A stretch of DNA of 51,148 bases, taken from NCBI GenBank assembly GCA_944391975.1, contig CALXVK010000003.1, positions 1 to 51,148 of the forward strand, in the 5' to 3' direction. Position numbers and translations under genes: made by a program. This DNA comes from an uncultured Clostridia bacterium (lineage in GTDB: Bacteria > Bacillota > Clostridia > TANB77 > CAG-508). A model generated the notes under the pieces. The model saw only the letters and a list, made by a program, of their open reading frames with translations, did no database searches and was not told where the DNA came from. Below, in pieces: positions 31,001 to 40,065 of this stretch; the stretch's first letter is position 1, and each line of letters starts with the position of its first letter.

Positions 31001-33617
31001 CAGCATTTACAGTATCTTCAATTACTAGTGAATCACCATCCGCATTATATTCTGTTCCATTATATGTAAAATTACCTGTAACCGTAATCTTAAATGAGAA
31101 TGTTTTTCCATCTAAATCATCTGTTTCTGATAATTTTAATACTCTAATTGTTCCTTCATTTGGTTCTTTTTCTTTATTGTATAAGGTTACATACATATCT
31201 CCATTTTGTAATGAATTAGAGAAATTATTTGTTGTTGTTGATTTATTTTGGTCAGTTATACTTGAAAACTCATAATTTGCTGGCATTGAAATTTCTTCTA
31301 CCATATATTCTGGTGCAACTGTTGTTGTCCAATAAATTGTGTCAGAATCCCATGACCAGCTATTTGATTCGTTTAATGTAACTTCAAGTACACATCCATC
31401 ACCATTTGATGTATATTCTGTTCCATTATATGTAAAATCACCTGTAATAGTAACTCTTGCTGTAAATTCTGTACCTGATTGAGGTTCAGAGCCATCAATT
31501 ATTGCTTTTTCAAGATGAAGTTTAGACCAATGTGTTGTAGGTTGGTTAACAAAACTAATTTGAGTATTTACCATGTCTTCATCTGGAACTGTTGTATCAT
31601 TTGTAATAAATGTTCCAGTTTTATCATTACTACTTACTAATTCATAATCTGCATCTTCTGGTATTATCTCAGTTATTCTATATTGTGGTGCATCTCCATA
31701 CCATTCAAATTCTTCTGATACCCAAATTCCTTCACCTGTGATTGTTCCTGTTAATTCAAATGGTTCATCAGCAGAGTATGTTCCAATATCTCCATCATTA
31801 TATTTAAAAGTTCCCCAGACATCAATTTCAAAAGTAAAAGTTTCTGATTCTAAAGCATCTGTTGAATTAATAAGTTTTTTATCAATTTCTATTCTACCTC
31901 TATCTGGAATAACTGTATTTGTTGCTTCTATAAGAATTGTTTGGTTTTCAGTAAGTGTTCCTTGCCAAGGGCCATCATTTGTATATCCTTCTTTATCATG
32001 CTCTTCAACTCTGTAGCTTGGTGCTGTTCCACCAACCCAATAAATTGTTGCAGAAGTTTTTGATCCAACTCCGTCTTTAGTAGAAACAGCTAGAGTTTCA
32101 AACAATTTTTCTCCTTCTCCATCATGATAGTCAATATATATATCAAAATAGAAGGTATCATCAACTTCTACTTTATTTCCATCCTCATCAACAGTTGTTT
32201 TATCAACAGTTATTGATGATTTCCCAAATACTTCGCCTTCCCATGTAATTTTTTGATATGTATACCATCTAACAGCTCTTACCAAAATAGCTAAATTCTG
32301 AGTGTCTCCTACTGTAGTAAGAGAATAATATACCCAATCTGGATCACAATTATAGTTATCTTCACTATGATTACATCCTGAATGATCCCAATATCCACAA
32401 CCATTTACACAATGATCTGCATCATAATCATTATAAGTACCACAATCAGGACATTGTGTCATTTGTCCTTCATATTCTTTCCATACACCACCAGCATTCA
32501 TATACTTAAAAGTAAATTCTAATTTTGTAATTTGTGTCATTCCTGGTTTATAATTTAAAACTATATAGAAATTTGTACTACTTGCATCATTTGAGCCTTT
32601 TGGTAATGGTAATCCATTAATATCTGCAGCATTAACATCTTCATATGAAATAGTCCAATCAGTTCCATATGTCATTTCACCTAAGTTTGTTTCTAAAGTA
32701 AAATCTGTTGGATCTAATCCAGAAAACATTATATTTGTTCCATCTGCAGCTGTATACACATTATATGGATAAACAAGTTCAAATGGACCTACAATATATG
32801 AGTTATCATCTTCTGAGAATGAAACTGTAGCATTTTCATCAACTAATGTTGCTTCCATTTGTAAATCTGGAGCACTAACTGTTATTCCATTAATTGTATA
32901 TGATTTTGTTCCTTTGTTATAAGAAGGATTTGATAAGTATTCAGCAAAAGCCTTAGCTTCATCTGATAAATCTTCACCTGCTTCTATTCCTGAACTAACT
33001 TGAGAATATAATTCTAATAGTGCTTCATATAATTCATTTATATTTGAACTTGTAGAATCTTCCGTACCATGTTCATCTATTATATCTTTTAATGTTTCTT
33101 TTACTTCTCTTTCATCACCATGAGCAATTTCTCCTGATTTTACCAATTCAATTAATTTTCTTTCACCTTCTGAATCAAAACTCATTGGTAAATCTTCAAC
33201 ATATAAATTATCTGTTGTTGAATCTGTATCATAATTTCCTCTATTCCACCATGCATTTTGTCCTGCTGTTTCAGTATAATATCCTTTGGCATTATATTCA
33301 TCTAAATTTGATAATATATAAGCTTCTTCTGACGTAGTATCAGAATCATGTGTAGCAACTTCTGTATATAATGTTCTAACACTTCTAAACAATTTTCCAT
33401 GTTCATTACATATCATATACCATGTATTTCCATTAGCACCGGATAAATCATTCACTGTAACTACAAAACTGCTACCCGTATTCGTAGAGTTCGTAGCTTG
33501 TTCTACAACTGTTACATCTCCATTATTATATGCAGATACAATATTAGGGGCCATAATACAAAGCATTAATATAGATAATATTAAAATGATTTTTGAATAT
33601 TTTTTTAATGTATTCAT
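25083..33617 (-). CDS. Giant cell-wall-anchored adhesin (about 2840 aa): putative thioester domain, 8 CnaB-like repeats, SdrD-B-like domains
   Basis: Signal peptide; 8 W-x-AP-x-Y-x-x-x-E repeats; GKVWDD and GLVWED SdrD-B-like starts; SPPTG, TM and RKK tail. ATG 33617 follows GGGGGTG. Confidence 0.8.
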   Translation of the reverse strand: MNTLKKYSKIILILSILMLCIMAPNIVSAYNNGDVTVVEQATNSTNTGSSFVVTVNDLSGANGNTWYMICNEHGKLFRSVRTLYTEVATHDSDTTSEEAYILSNLDEYNAKGYYTETAGQNAWWNRGNYDTDSTTDNLYVEDLPMSFDSEGERKLIELVKSGEIAHGDEREVKETLKDIIDEHGTEDSTSSNINELYEALLELYSQVSSGIEAGEDLSDEAKAFAEYLSNPSYNKGTKSYTINGITVSAPDLQMEATLVDENATVSFSEDDNSYIVGPFELVYPYNVYTAADGTNIMFSGLDPTDFTLETNLGEMTYGTDWTISYEDVNAADINGLPLPKGSNDASSTNFYIVLNYKPGMTQITKLEFTFKYMNAGGVWKEYEGQMTQCPDCGTYNDYDADHCVNGCGYWDHSGCNHSEDNYNCDPDWVYYSLTTVGDTQNLAILVRAVRWYTYQKITWEGEVFGKSSITVDKTTVDEDGNKVEVDDTFYFDIYIDYHDGEGEKLFETLAVSTKDGVGSKTSATIYWVGGTAPSYRVEEHDKEGYTNDGPWQGTLTENQTILIEATNTVIPDRGRIEIDKKLINSTDALESETFTFEIDVWGTFKYNDGDIGTYSADEPFELTGTITGEGIWVSEEFEWYGDAPQYRITEIIPEDADYELVSSNDKTGTFITNDTTVPDEDMVNTQISFVNQPTTHWSKLHLEKAIIDGSEPQSGTEFTARVTITGDFTYNGTEYTSNGDGCVLEVTLNESNSWSWDSDTIYWTTTVAPEYMVEEISMPANYEFSSITDQNKSTTTNNFSNSLQNGDMYVTLYNKEKEPNEGTIRVLKLSETDDLDGKTFSFKITVTGNFTYNGTEYNADGDSLVIEDTVNAVLSADQATIENDTLKEYGPFEWEADEEAPTYTVEETGLEDRDDAAFVSISNNDKTVTNTPSITDQLLSDNTVVIKMLNRGVESKETELQIVKETIGNTSYLDGLEDSEKTFKFTVEITGTFIYTAPDGTVTNINDSTLTLDASVIGKGDTETGNNIWTSGTISWNDDVSAPTYRVTEVEIPDYAEFVSWSNRTNTVETTFISGTLSEEQTNVLTAINDITINPQYGHIELYKKAQTDNISGDSFNFTITVTGDFEYNGTEYTSDGEPLTLSVDVTADGDPWVSDVFYWEGDAPTYTIQENLTEEQIADGVEVVSLYNGSQTNTNNSLTGTLNGSSDSSQSAVAEIIAVNQKEPRLLKGRIQISKEYIDGNGNEIDGVTFQFEITVTYDNGTTTTIPVEIDSGTTWRSDYFYWESTEDAPTYEITEISTGDWTVSINPDSGSLVEDDIINVIARNTSTRHYSGQLSITKHVEDLDKVAVTDYQGSFTFNITVNGTFSYTDINGSVRNYVNDTMSLKVTINIDGTSSATWTSGTFSWIGDAPTYAVEEVNIPAGWWLYEITNSSGSLVDGQVVNVSATNQTGPNVAYDLTMEMGGKVWDDTDYSAAKEADKVENGLIDEGEAGIEGVRVTITRLVKDSNGNIVARLEPIYAYDENDHLTPIDNYTYTDSDGNWSFGSISVPAFNLEDSTESSYYNAGYDVSYDVTFTYDGQTYEPTTFLATSNGDANAFRSASTSGRDAWLKDSMAIDNPLDRQSFNAKFTNIEGQDPIQSDGTTVGKATGGGNDITLNYTSTDSISVLNSDNTRKVSTLQTYDENGNIYSDFLIDASTNNGGLTYPFDDEYHLESWDKSVDPITGLSKTTYHFSATYNYLLSINLGLLKREAADIATEKDLTEAIVVINGKVLKYKYNSAIDLDNPDNYELLYKQIAVADEEIEYTLGLYTSDYYYRASIYDGSDVGNALDGFYTGTLGLPVESTELEIYLKYTINVYNESDTYDVRINEIADYYDGTYELITDPDSQSRTYVQTLNGVEINEVRNLAETSTVTYYDSSYNEISSGNVTWSSDGSPIIGSDDVTYNKIVTNSLNGTMLHSGERAEIQVTFKVVKDVSTDGNSIPDSIVLGEKHNLAELTSFSTYYSTTSKNKWSSPGEVAGRVDEDSAPDNINIPEFNDKTWYEDDTDSAPILTIELYDDDREVNGLVWEDAQTNTVEYSQVIGDGTYNPDQGDKAIPDLTTEILEVISIPTGEEDLNGNTVYQEYEFIWPTSSTEIEGLGGKSLEELTGFDSTIVTNAAGEYDFTAIPAGNYKVRFVYGDKDIATGNDGYSEVYNGQDYKSTSYEVGFDNDSDDDGYTDNEWHDLSNDDLDAARVSDARDVEARRLYIASKSEMLVYDNTRVFATADDIDADHSELYGDTSDRAGSDGINYQDSKDTDQGPIYGDGYYMYAETAKLNIEVENIYDINYTTETIGELDGALAVDGDIDKGSVAAGNEFDYIIDNIDFGLEERSQTKLTLDKQIKEITLTTSDNNVILDAVYDIEYELGDDDTIKSSVTLNRSLSTGYENIASLNRSASSQGYRYIMAEGTILQGATITVQYQLTVFNVGEADTCNQILKNIWTEVNSEGYDTDTNTAVNSAIERLSSPFYTATNGRMWADLSGKYQYGTYFGSIYYLGTQGTYTDDNILVESTIHQIVDYVDPDVEFTDINNMSVNQSWAAVTTTDLIEYADNGLIDPAIIQIVNSNGEPVVVSDSGDIVTDGSTEINEVTYYNYKYRAGISDSTYSTLATGLSDGTYRYTVINDYLQEFNTDSKNNIIISIDNASSDAEAGTNPGLVKGTVPYTSTSDVDPNTAYTNATASINLTVSRYYSSEEDSSDIDNIAEIIKVENTVGRRDIRTIAGNTSTYELQDGATGYDETIDIYTIAGDEPDTSATEVITLSPPTGLNPTVKLVLQIVGIVLIAGVIIAVGIVVIRKKVLLIK

Positions 33618-33618
33618 A

Positions 33619-36600
33619 TTAAACACCCCCTTTTATTAATCTATTTTTTCTTTTCAGAACCACTATAAATACTGCTGTTCCGACTAGTAAAATTGTTGTT
33701 ATTATTACTGATGTATAAATCCATATTCCACCAGTTCCAACTGATAAGATACTATCAGCTCTAGCAAAATCATCTTCACTTTGATTATTATTTCCTGGTG
33801 TTGAATCCATATCAGATATTCCATAAATATTGTAATCGCTTGCTATTTCTGCTGTATTTGATACAGTACCTGTATTTTCATTAGTCATTGTTTTTGAAAG
33901 AATCAATGTAATCGTTGTTGATTCACCTGGTGCAATTTCTGTGCTTGCAAGTGATGTCGTATATAGATTTCCATCATTTCCAGTATACCAATCAGAGTTC
34001 ATACTTGAATTAAAGTTCATTCCATCTGGTATGTAATCAACTATACTTGAAGCATATCCTGCAACTTCTCCTTCATTCCTTACTGTAAAAGTGTATTCTA
34101 TATAAATTTCTGAACCAGCTAAAAATCTTTGTGAAATTTCTGTTTTAGTATATGTTTCTAAATTATAATCTGTAGATCTTGTACCTTGTGAATTTTGAAC
34201 TGTTATTCTAGAAATTCCCATATCTAAACTCAAATCAAATTTTAATGCTTCTGCTAAACCAATATCTATGTTTGAAATACTTCCATCAGCAATTGTAATT
34301 ACATCTGTTACAGCTGCATTTCTATAAACTCCGTTTTCTTCAACTTTTGTTGAAATAACATCTGAATTTATATTTGATGCTATATTTTCCTTTTGATATG
34401 TTGTTACTGTGTATAATACAGTATCGTAATCAAAAATCACAATATAATTTCCATTTTCTACACCACTAAATCTATATTGACCTTCTGAATTAGTTACAGC
34501 TGTTTGTTTTATAGTTCCACTATCTGAGTCAACTAATGTTGCTGTTACATCTTTTACTAATTCTTCATCATCATCTCTTGCTCCATTATTATTTGAATCT
34601 ATCCAAGCAATACCATCAATATTATATGTTTTTAATATATTACTACTTGATGATATAGATGAACTTGGAGTTCCTGAAGAACTTTCTCCTGCTGTTGTTC
34701 CTCCACCTGTAGATTCTATAATATGCGTTACACTATTAGAATCAATTGTTTCTCCCCCAGATGAAATAGATCCAACATTTGTCACCGATAATTGCTGAAC
34801 ACCATTTAAGTTTCTAGCTACACCAAGAACCGTAACTTCTTTTGTTTCTCCAGCTCCTATAGAAATATTTACACTTGCTTCTTCTGTTTCTGACATTAAA
34901 CGACTTACCGTTCTACCATTTACCTCATATTTTATTTCAGTAATAGTTATTCCTTCTGGAACCTTATCTGTTAAAACAAGCGGTTTTGCCATAACAGGTC
35001 CTTCATTTGTTATTGTAAATACATATTCTATTATTTCTCCTTCTTTAACATAAGTGTTAGTATTATTTGTGGTTTGTTTAATTATTAAGCTTGCTCTACC
35101 AACAGTTATATTAAAAGCTTTTGATTCATATGTTTCCACATTATCTGCTTTTCCTGTTACTTTTAATTCAATATCTTTAGAAAGTTCTGTTCCAGTTATT
35201 TCACCAACTTTTAAGTATAATATAAATGTTTTTGATTTTCCTGCTTCTATACTATCAACTGACCATGTATACATTCTTGTACTTTCATCAAATTCACCTA
35301 TTTCTGATACACTATAATCATCATTATATGCTCTCATTTCTGTAACATCTAATGATTCATCTATGTATATTGAAAATTCAGCATTTGTAAAATCACTTTC
35401 TGTTAAATTATAAGCAGTTATATTTAATGCAATTTCATTTTCAGTTTTAAGAATCGCTCCTTCTGCAATTTTAGAATCGTCTACTGTAATTCTCATTTCA
35501 GCATCTATAACATTTATTTCATGTTCTTCTGAAGTCAATGTAGTTCCTAAATCTTCAGCTGTAACTGTTGAATATATAGTAACAGAATTTGTCTCATTAT
35601 TTCTATCTAACTCTCTAATTTCTAATACAGTAGTAATTTCTATTTCTTCTCCTACTTCAAATTCAGCTAAATTATATACTACATTAGTTCCTTCTGAATC
35701 AACAACTATTTGTACATCTTCATTATCTGTTAAAGTTCTACTATATGATATATCTTCAGGAATTGGTACTGTAATAACTACATTTTCTGCAGTTACTTCT
35801 CCTGTATTTTTTACAACTGTTGTATACTCAAATTCTTCAAATTCATTAATTGTTGTAACATTTGTTGAAGATTCAACTGAAAGCTCTGGACCAACTCCTG
35901 TACTTAATCCAACTAAATCTGCAATTGATACTTCATTAAGAGTTGCAACATTTGAATTATTTGTATAGTATGTTCCAAAAGTTCCATAAAAGTCTTCATT
36001 ATGTGGTAAATTTTCTGGAATTGTAAATTCATATGAAAAACGTAATTTTTGAGTTACACCTAATTGATAGTTTGAATCATTTGGAACTATTAAATATGAT
36101 TTAACAGATCCCCAATCAGTAACTTGTGTAGTCCATCCATTTGCACTATCATTTAAGTCATTTGTTGCATTCGCATTTGTAGAATAATAAATCGTAAAAT
36201 CAGTTCCATTATTTGAATCACTTACTATTCCTGAAACCATAGGAGCATCTGTTGTTGTTCCTAGACTTTCACCACTTATTAAATCTGTATTTCCTTGGAA
36301 AACAGTTCTACCTAATATACTAATATTTGATATATTGTTTTCTGCATTATTCATTATAATTAATTCCATTTTTGCAGTTTTTGATGTTGAATAAATATCT
36401 AAATCCCCTATAACAGTTCCTTGTTTTACTGAAGAAACTGTTTCACTACTACCATTAAATCCTGAAATCGTATTTACTGAAACAACTCCACTTGGAGCAG
36501 AATATGTTATAGGAGCTACATTATATCCCATTCCATCTCTTTCTGATGTATAACTTGTTGATTCTGTATTTACATATATTAATTCAAAATTTGTTGTCAT

Positions 36601-38943
36601 TGCAGGCGCATATAAGTTAACTCTTATATTTGCATTTAAAACAATATTTGTACCATTTGATACAATACCTGAACTTAACGCTGTTTGAGTTCCCGTTACA
36701 TTTACTCTTAAATATATTGAACCATCTTGCTCAAATAATTCTATATTTGAAAGCTCTAATCCTTCTCCATATACTATACTACTATCTGTAATTTCAACTC
36801 TTTCAATATATTCTGGCATTTTAATTACAAACTCAGAAGTTCCATATACATCTGATGTAATTTCTTCATTATTAAGTTCGATTTTTAATTCTACATTATT
36901 ATTCATAGCTAATGTAGATAAACTATCTTGTCCAATACTTAAAACTGCATTAGTTGTTGTATCTTCTAATTTTGTTTCAGATGTTGCAGTTCCAGCATCT
37001 ACTAATTCATTAACATCTGTATATCTAGCTCTTGCAATAGAATTTATGCTCATTCTATCAAAGTTTTTATAAGTTGACTTATCAAAGCTAGTATCTTTAT
37101 ATGCTCTAACTGTTATTATGTTTAAGTTTCCTTCTGTTATAGGTGCTGATGTTTCAATTCTGACCCATCTAATATCAACATTTGTAAAACTTACTTCATA
37201 ATTTCCTTCTTCTGTTACACTCGTCTGATTGTTTAAAGTTGCTAATAAATTTCCAGCATTATCATAAATATTTATATAACCATTTTCTCCAAGCATTTCA
37301 TTAAAATTGCTTTGGCTAACTTTTAATGTTTTATAATATAAATCATTTTGTTCTACACTTTCACCTGTTTTTGTTATATAGTAGTTTGTACTATCTTCAT
37401 AATATAAACCACTTACTATATCTTTATAAGAAATGTTAAAAATTAAATTATTATCTATTTCTATTTCGTACTTATTATCTGAATTATTATAATTTAAATA
37501 TGTATATCCTTTTGAGACTGAATCTGTTACTGTTTCAGTAGAGAATGTTACAATGTCTCCTATTTCTTCTGTTAAAGCAACTACTTTCTCTTCGTTTGAA
37601 ACTAAACTTGTTCCGCCATACATATTAAAAGTAGATGTTATATTAGAAGTTATTTCTACATTTTCCAAAGAGACATTTTTATATATATATGTTACTAAAT
37701 ATTCATCTGTTCCTGAACCTGCGAAATAAGCCTCTACCTCTTCAGCTGTTTCATCAATTAAAACCTCATCTTCGTTTTGAATAGATACAAGCTCTGAACT
37801 ATTTTGAACATTTATATTTAATTTATTATTTTCAGAATCATATGACCAGTTATCACTTCCAAATTGTAATTCATCAATTCCTTTTCCTGTTGTTCCCATA
37901 AGTGAAGTAGCATCAACTTTTACAGATTCTGGTTTAACTCCATTAATTGTAGGAACATCTACATCAATTGAAGAATTTTCTACTGGTAATGTTTTATTTT
38001 CTGTAGTATTATCAGCTTTAATAAGAGTCTGTAAAATTACTCCATTAGCTCCATTTATACTATAACTAACATATTTTGTTACTTCTGAACTAACTTTTGT
38101 TTCTCTATTATCTTGCCAAGATAACGATAAATTAATTTCTTTGGAAACTGGTATTTCTACATCATCATTTACATATGTTCCTTCAAATTTTATTACATTT
38201 GATTTAGATACATTATCTAATTCGACATATGAAGTATTTTCATAGTAAATTGGAAATGTAATATTTGCTTCAGAACCAGCATTCATTTGAACTAATTCTA
38301 TTTCGCTATTTTCAAAATTTTGAATCATTCCATTTTCAAAATTTTCTGAATTGATTGAAAAATTAAGTTCTTCTCCATTTCCAAGAATTATTTTTCCATC
38401 TTTTAGATAGCCATCATTAGATACTTTTACATTTAACTTTAAGCTTAATGTACTCGTATTAACATCAGCTACAACCTCTTTTGCTTCTTCAGTTTCTAAA
38501 TCAGAAGATTCTTCTGGCGTTTCTACTGTTACTTCATTTTCATCTGTAGTAACATTTTCTGTAGGAACATCATTAGCTACTGTTTCTTCTACTGCAGAAT
38601 TTGTTTCATTTCCTGTTGTGTCTTGAACGTTAACTTCATTTTCAGTAGAAGATTCTTCACTAACAGTATTTTCTGTAACAGTTTCTTGAGACATATCAGT
38701 AGAAGGTTCTTCTTGAGAAGCTCCTACCGTTTTGTCAGCATCAGATTCTTCCTCCATTTCTTTAGAAATAACAAAACTTGCATCAAACTCTACATTAGCA
38801 CTTCCTGTATCTCCCTCATCATTAGAGAAAGAATCTAATATAGAAGTAGCAAATGTTTTGCTTACTAGAGCAAAATCGGCAAAAGTTAAAGTAAAGATCA
38901 GAATCATTACTATCAACTTCTTTTTCCAGTTAATTTTTAACAT
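33619..38943 (-). CDS. Large surface protein with DUF11-like and SdrD-B-like domains
   Basis: Signal peptide; YTTVVKNTGEVTAENV and YVFTITNEG (DUF11-like); GIAWIDSNNNG; SVGTG, TM and KRK tail. Confidence 0.8.
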   Translation of the reverse strand: MLKINWKKKLIVMILIFTLTFADFALVSKTFATSILDSFSNDEGDTGSANVEFDASFVISKEMEEESDADKTVGASQEEPSTDMSQETVTENTVSEESSTENEVNVQDTTGNETNSAVEETVANDVPTENVTTDENEVTVETPEESSDLETEEAKEVVADVNTSTLSLKLNVKVSNDGYLKDGKIILGNGEELNFSINSENFENGMIQNFENSEIELVQMNAGSEANITFPIYYENTSYVELDNVSKSNVIKFEGTYVNDDVEIPVSKEINLSLSWQDNRETKVSSEVTKYVSYSINGANGVILQTLIKADNTTENKTLPVENSSIDVDVPTINGVKPESVKVDATSLMGTTGKGIDELQFGSDNWSYDSENNKLNINVQNSSELVSIQNEDEVLIDETAEEVEAYFAGSGTDEYLVTYIYKNVSLENVEITSNITSTFNMYGGTSLVSNEEKVVALTEEIGDIVTFSTETVTDSVSKGYTYLNYNNSDNKYEIEIDNNLIFNISYKDIVSGLYYEDSTNYYITKTGESVEQNDLYYKTLKVSQSNFNEMLGENGYINIYDNAGNLLATLNNQTSVTEEGNYEVSFTNVDIRWVRIETSAPITEGNLNIITVRAYKDTSFDKSTYKNFDRMSINSIARARYTDVNELVDAGTATSETKLEDTTTNAVLSIGQDSLSTLAMNNNVELKIELNNEEITSDVYGTSEFVIKMPEYIERVEITDSSIVYGEGLELSNIELFEQDGSIYLRVNVTGTQTALSSGIVSNGTNIVLNANIRVNLYAPAMTTNFELIYVNTESTSYTSERDGMGYNVAPITYSAPSGVVSVNTISGFNGSSETVSSVKQGTVIGDLDIYSTSKTAKMELIIMNNAENNISNISILGRTVFQGNTDLISGESLGTTTDAPMVSGIVSDSNNGTDFTIYYSTNANATNDLNDSANGWTTQVTDWGSVKSYLIVPNDSNYQLGVTQKLRFSYEFTIPENLPHNEDFYGTFGTYYTNNSNVATLNEVSIADLVGLSTGVGPELSVESSTNVTTINEFEEFEYTTVVKNTGEVTAENVVITVPIPEDISYSRTLTDNEDVQIVVDSEGTNVVYNLAEFEVGEEIEITTVLEIRELDRNNETNSVTIYSTVTAEDLGTTLTSEEHEINVIDAEMRITVDDSKIAEGAILKTENEIALNITAYNLTESDFTNAEFSIYIDESLDVTEMRAYNDDYSVSEIGEFDESTRMYTWSVDSIEAGKSKTFILYLKVGEITGTELSKDIELKVTGKADNVETYESKAFNITVGRASLIIKQTTNNTNTYVKEGEIIEYVFTITNEGPVMAKPLVLTDKVPEGITITEIKYEVNGRTVSRLMSETEEASVNISIGAGETKEVTVLGVARNLNGVQQLSVTNVGSISSGGETIDSNSVTHIIESTGGGTTAGESSSGTPSSSISSSSNILKTYNIDGIAWIDSNNNGARDDDEELVKDVTATLVDSDSGTIKQTAVTNSEGQYRFSGVENGNYIVIFDYDTVLYTVTTYQKENIASNINSDVISTKVEENGVYRNAAVTDVITIADGSISNIDIGLAEALKFDLSLDMGISRITVQNSQGTRSTDYNLETYTKTEISQRFLAGSEIYIEYTFTVRNEGEVAGYASSIVDYIPDGMNFNSSMNSDWYTGNDGNLYTTSLASTEIAPGESTTITLILSKTMTNENTGTVSNTAEIASDYNIYGISDMDSTPGNNNQSEDDFARADSILSVGTGGIWIYTSVIITTILLVGTAVFIVVLKRKNRLIKGGV

Positions 38944-39397
38944 TTCTTCTTACCTCCATAATTCGCTTTTAAACCTCTAAATATTCATATCTATACTACT
39001 ACAAATGTCAATTATTATCAACTACCCTCTTATTCAAGTTTTTGACAAAAAATTGCAAAATTTGTACGGGTATATTTTGTTCGAGATTTAAAATTATTAT
39101 TATAAAATTTTGATTACATTTTTATAATCTTGTATGAGTCAAAAAAATTACACCCATACACTTTATATTATAAACGTTTATGTCAACTTTTTCAAGTCTT
39201 TTTGACATTTTATTTCTTTTTTTTAGCGTCCTTTAGATAATTCAGAAATCTCTTTTGTCATATTAGGTTAGTTTACATTTTTAATTATTTTTATAAAAAA
39301 CTTTTTTCTAAAAAATTATAAATATTTAAAAAATATTTAAACTTTACGGAAATCTTGCATATAATAAAAAAAAGAAGATATAGAAAGGATGATTTTT

Positions 39398-39523
39398 ATG
39401 GATAATATTAACAATATGGATTTTAATAAAATATTAGAAATGCTTGAAAAAATGGATAAAACTGAACTAGAAAAAAAATTAAAACAAGCTCAAGATATTT
39501 TAAATAAGCAAAAAGAAAATTAG
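39398..39523 (+). CDS. Small hypothetical protein (41 aa)
   Basis: RBS GAAAGGATG; MDNINNMDFNKILEMLEKMDKTELEKKLKQAQDILNKQKEN; below the ORF-track cutoff. Confidence 0.65.
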   Translation: MDNINNMDFNKILEMLEKMDKTELEKKLKQAQDILNKQKEN

Positions 39524-39551
39524 TTTTTAATTATGAAAGGATATTAAAAAT

Positions 39552-39872
39552 ATGGATAATATGAGTGATATTATTAGTAAGTTTAACAATATATTAAAAG
39601 ATAAAAATATAGATTTGGGAAAAGTTTTAGGTGATGAGCATGAATCTAATCCATTAGATTTTGATTTTGATCTAGATACCATATTAAAATTTAAAAAAGC
39701 TTTTAACCAAATAAATTCTTCAAATTCTCCTAGAAATAATCTATTATACTCATTAAAGCCATTTTTAAGAGAAGAAAAAAAACAAAAATTAGATCAATAC
39801 ATAAGGATTGCAAATCTTCTAGGTATTTTAGAAATAATAAATAAAAATGATTCTCGGAAACTAAATTTTTAA
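39552..39872 (+). CDS. Hypothetical protein (ends at 39864 if shifted at CGG 39855)
   Basis: RBS GAAAGGA; PRNNLLYSLKPFLREEKKQKLD resembles a motif of small clostridial proteins. Confidence 0.75.
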   Translation: MDNMSDIISKFNNILKDKNIDLGKVLGDEHESNPLDFDFDLDTILKFKKAFNQINSSNSPRNNLLYSLKPFLREEKKQKLDQYIRIANLLGILEIINKNDSRKLNF

Positions 39873-39889
39873 AAAAAGGTAGGTATAAA

Positions 39890-40024
39890 ATGCAAAATAT
39901 ATTGTTTTTAAATAATTTTAATGATGATGATATTTTAATAATGTGCCTACTTTTTCTACTTTATAAAGAAAATAATACAGACTTTTCATTGTATTTAATT
40001 TTAATATTATTGCTTATTACATAA
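39890..40024 (+). CDS. Small membrane protein (44 aa)
   Basis: RBS AGGTAGGT; MQNILFLNNFNDDDILIMCLLFLLYKENNTDFSLYLILILLLIT. Confidence 0.65.
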   Translation: MQNILFLNNFNDDDILIMCLLFLLYKENNTDFSLYLILILLLIT

Positions 40025-40025
40025 T

Positions 40026-40058
40026 AAAAAAAGAATACTCTTTTTTTAAAGAGTATTC
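40026..40058. terminator. Terminator between convergent genes
   Basis: GAATACTCTTT-loop-AAAGAGTATTC. Confidence 0.7.
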
Positions 40059-40065
40059 CTAATAT

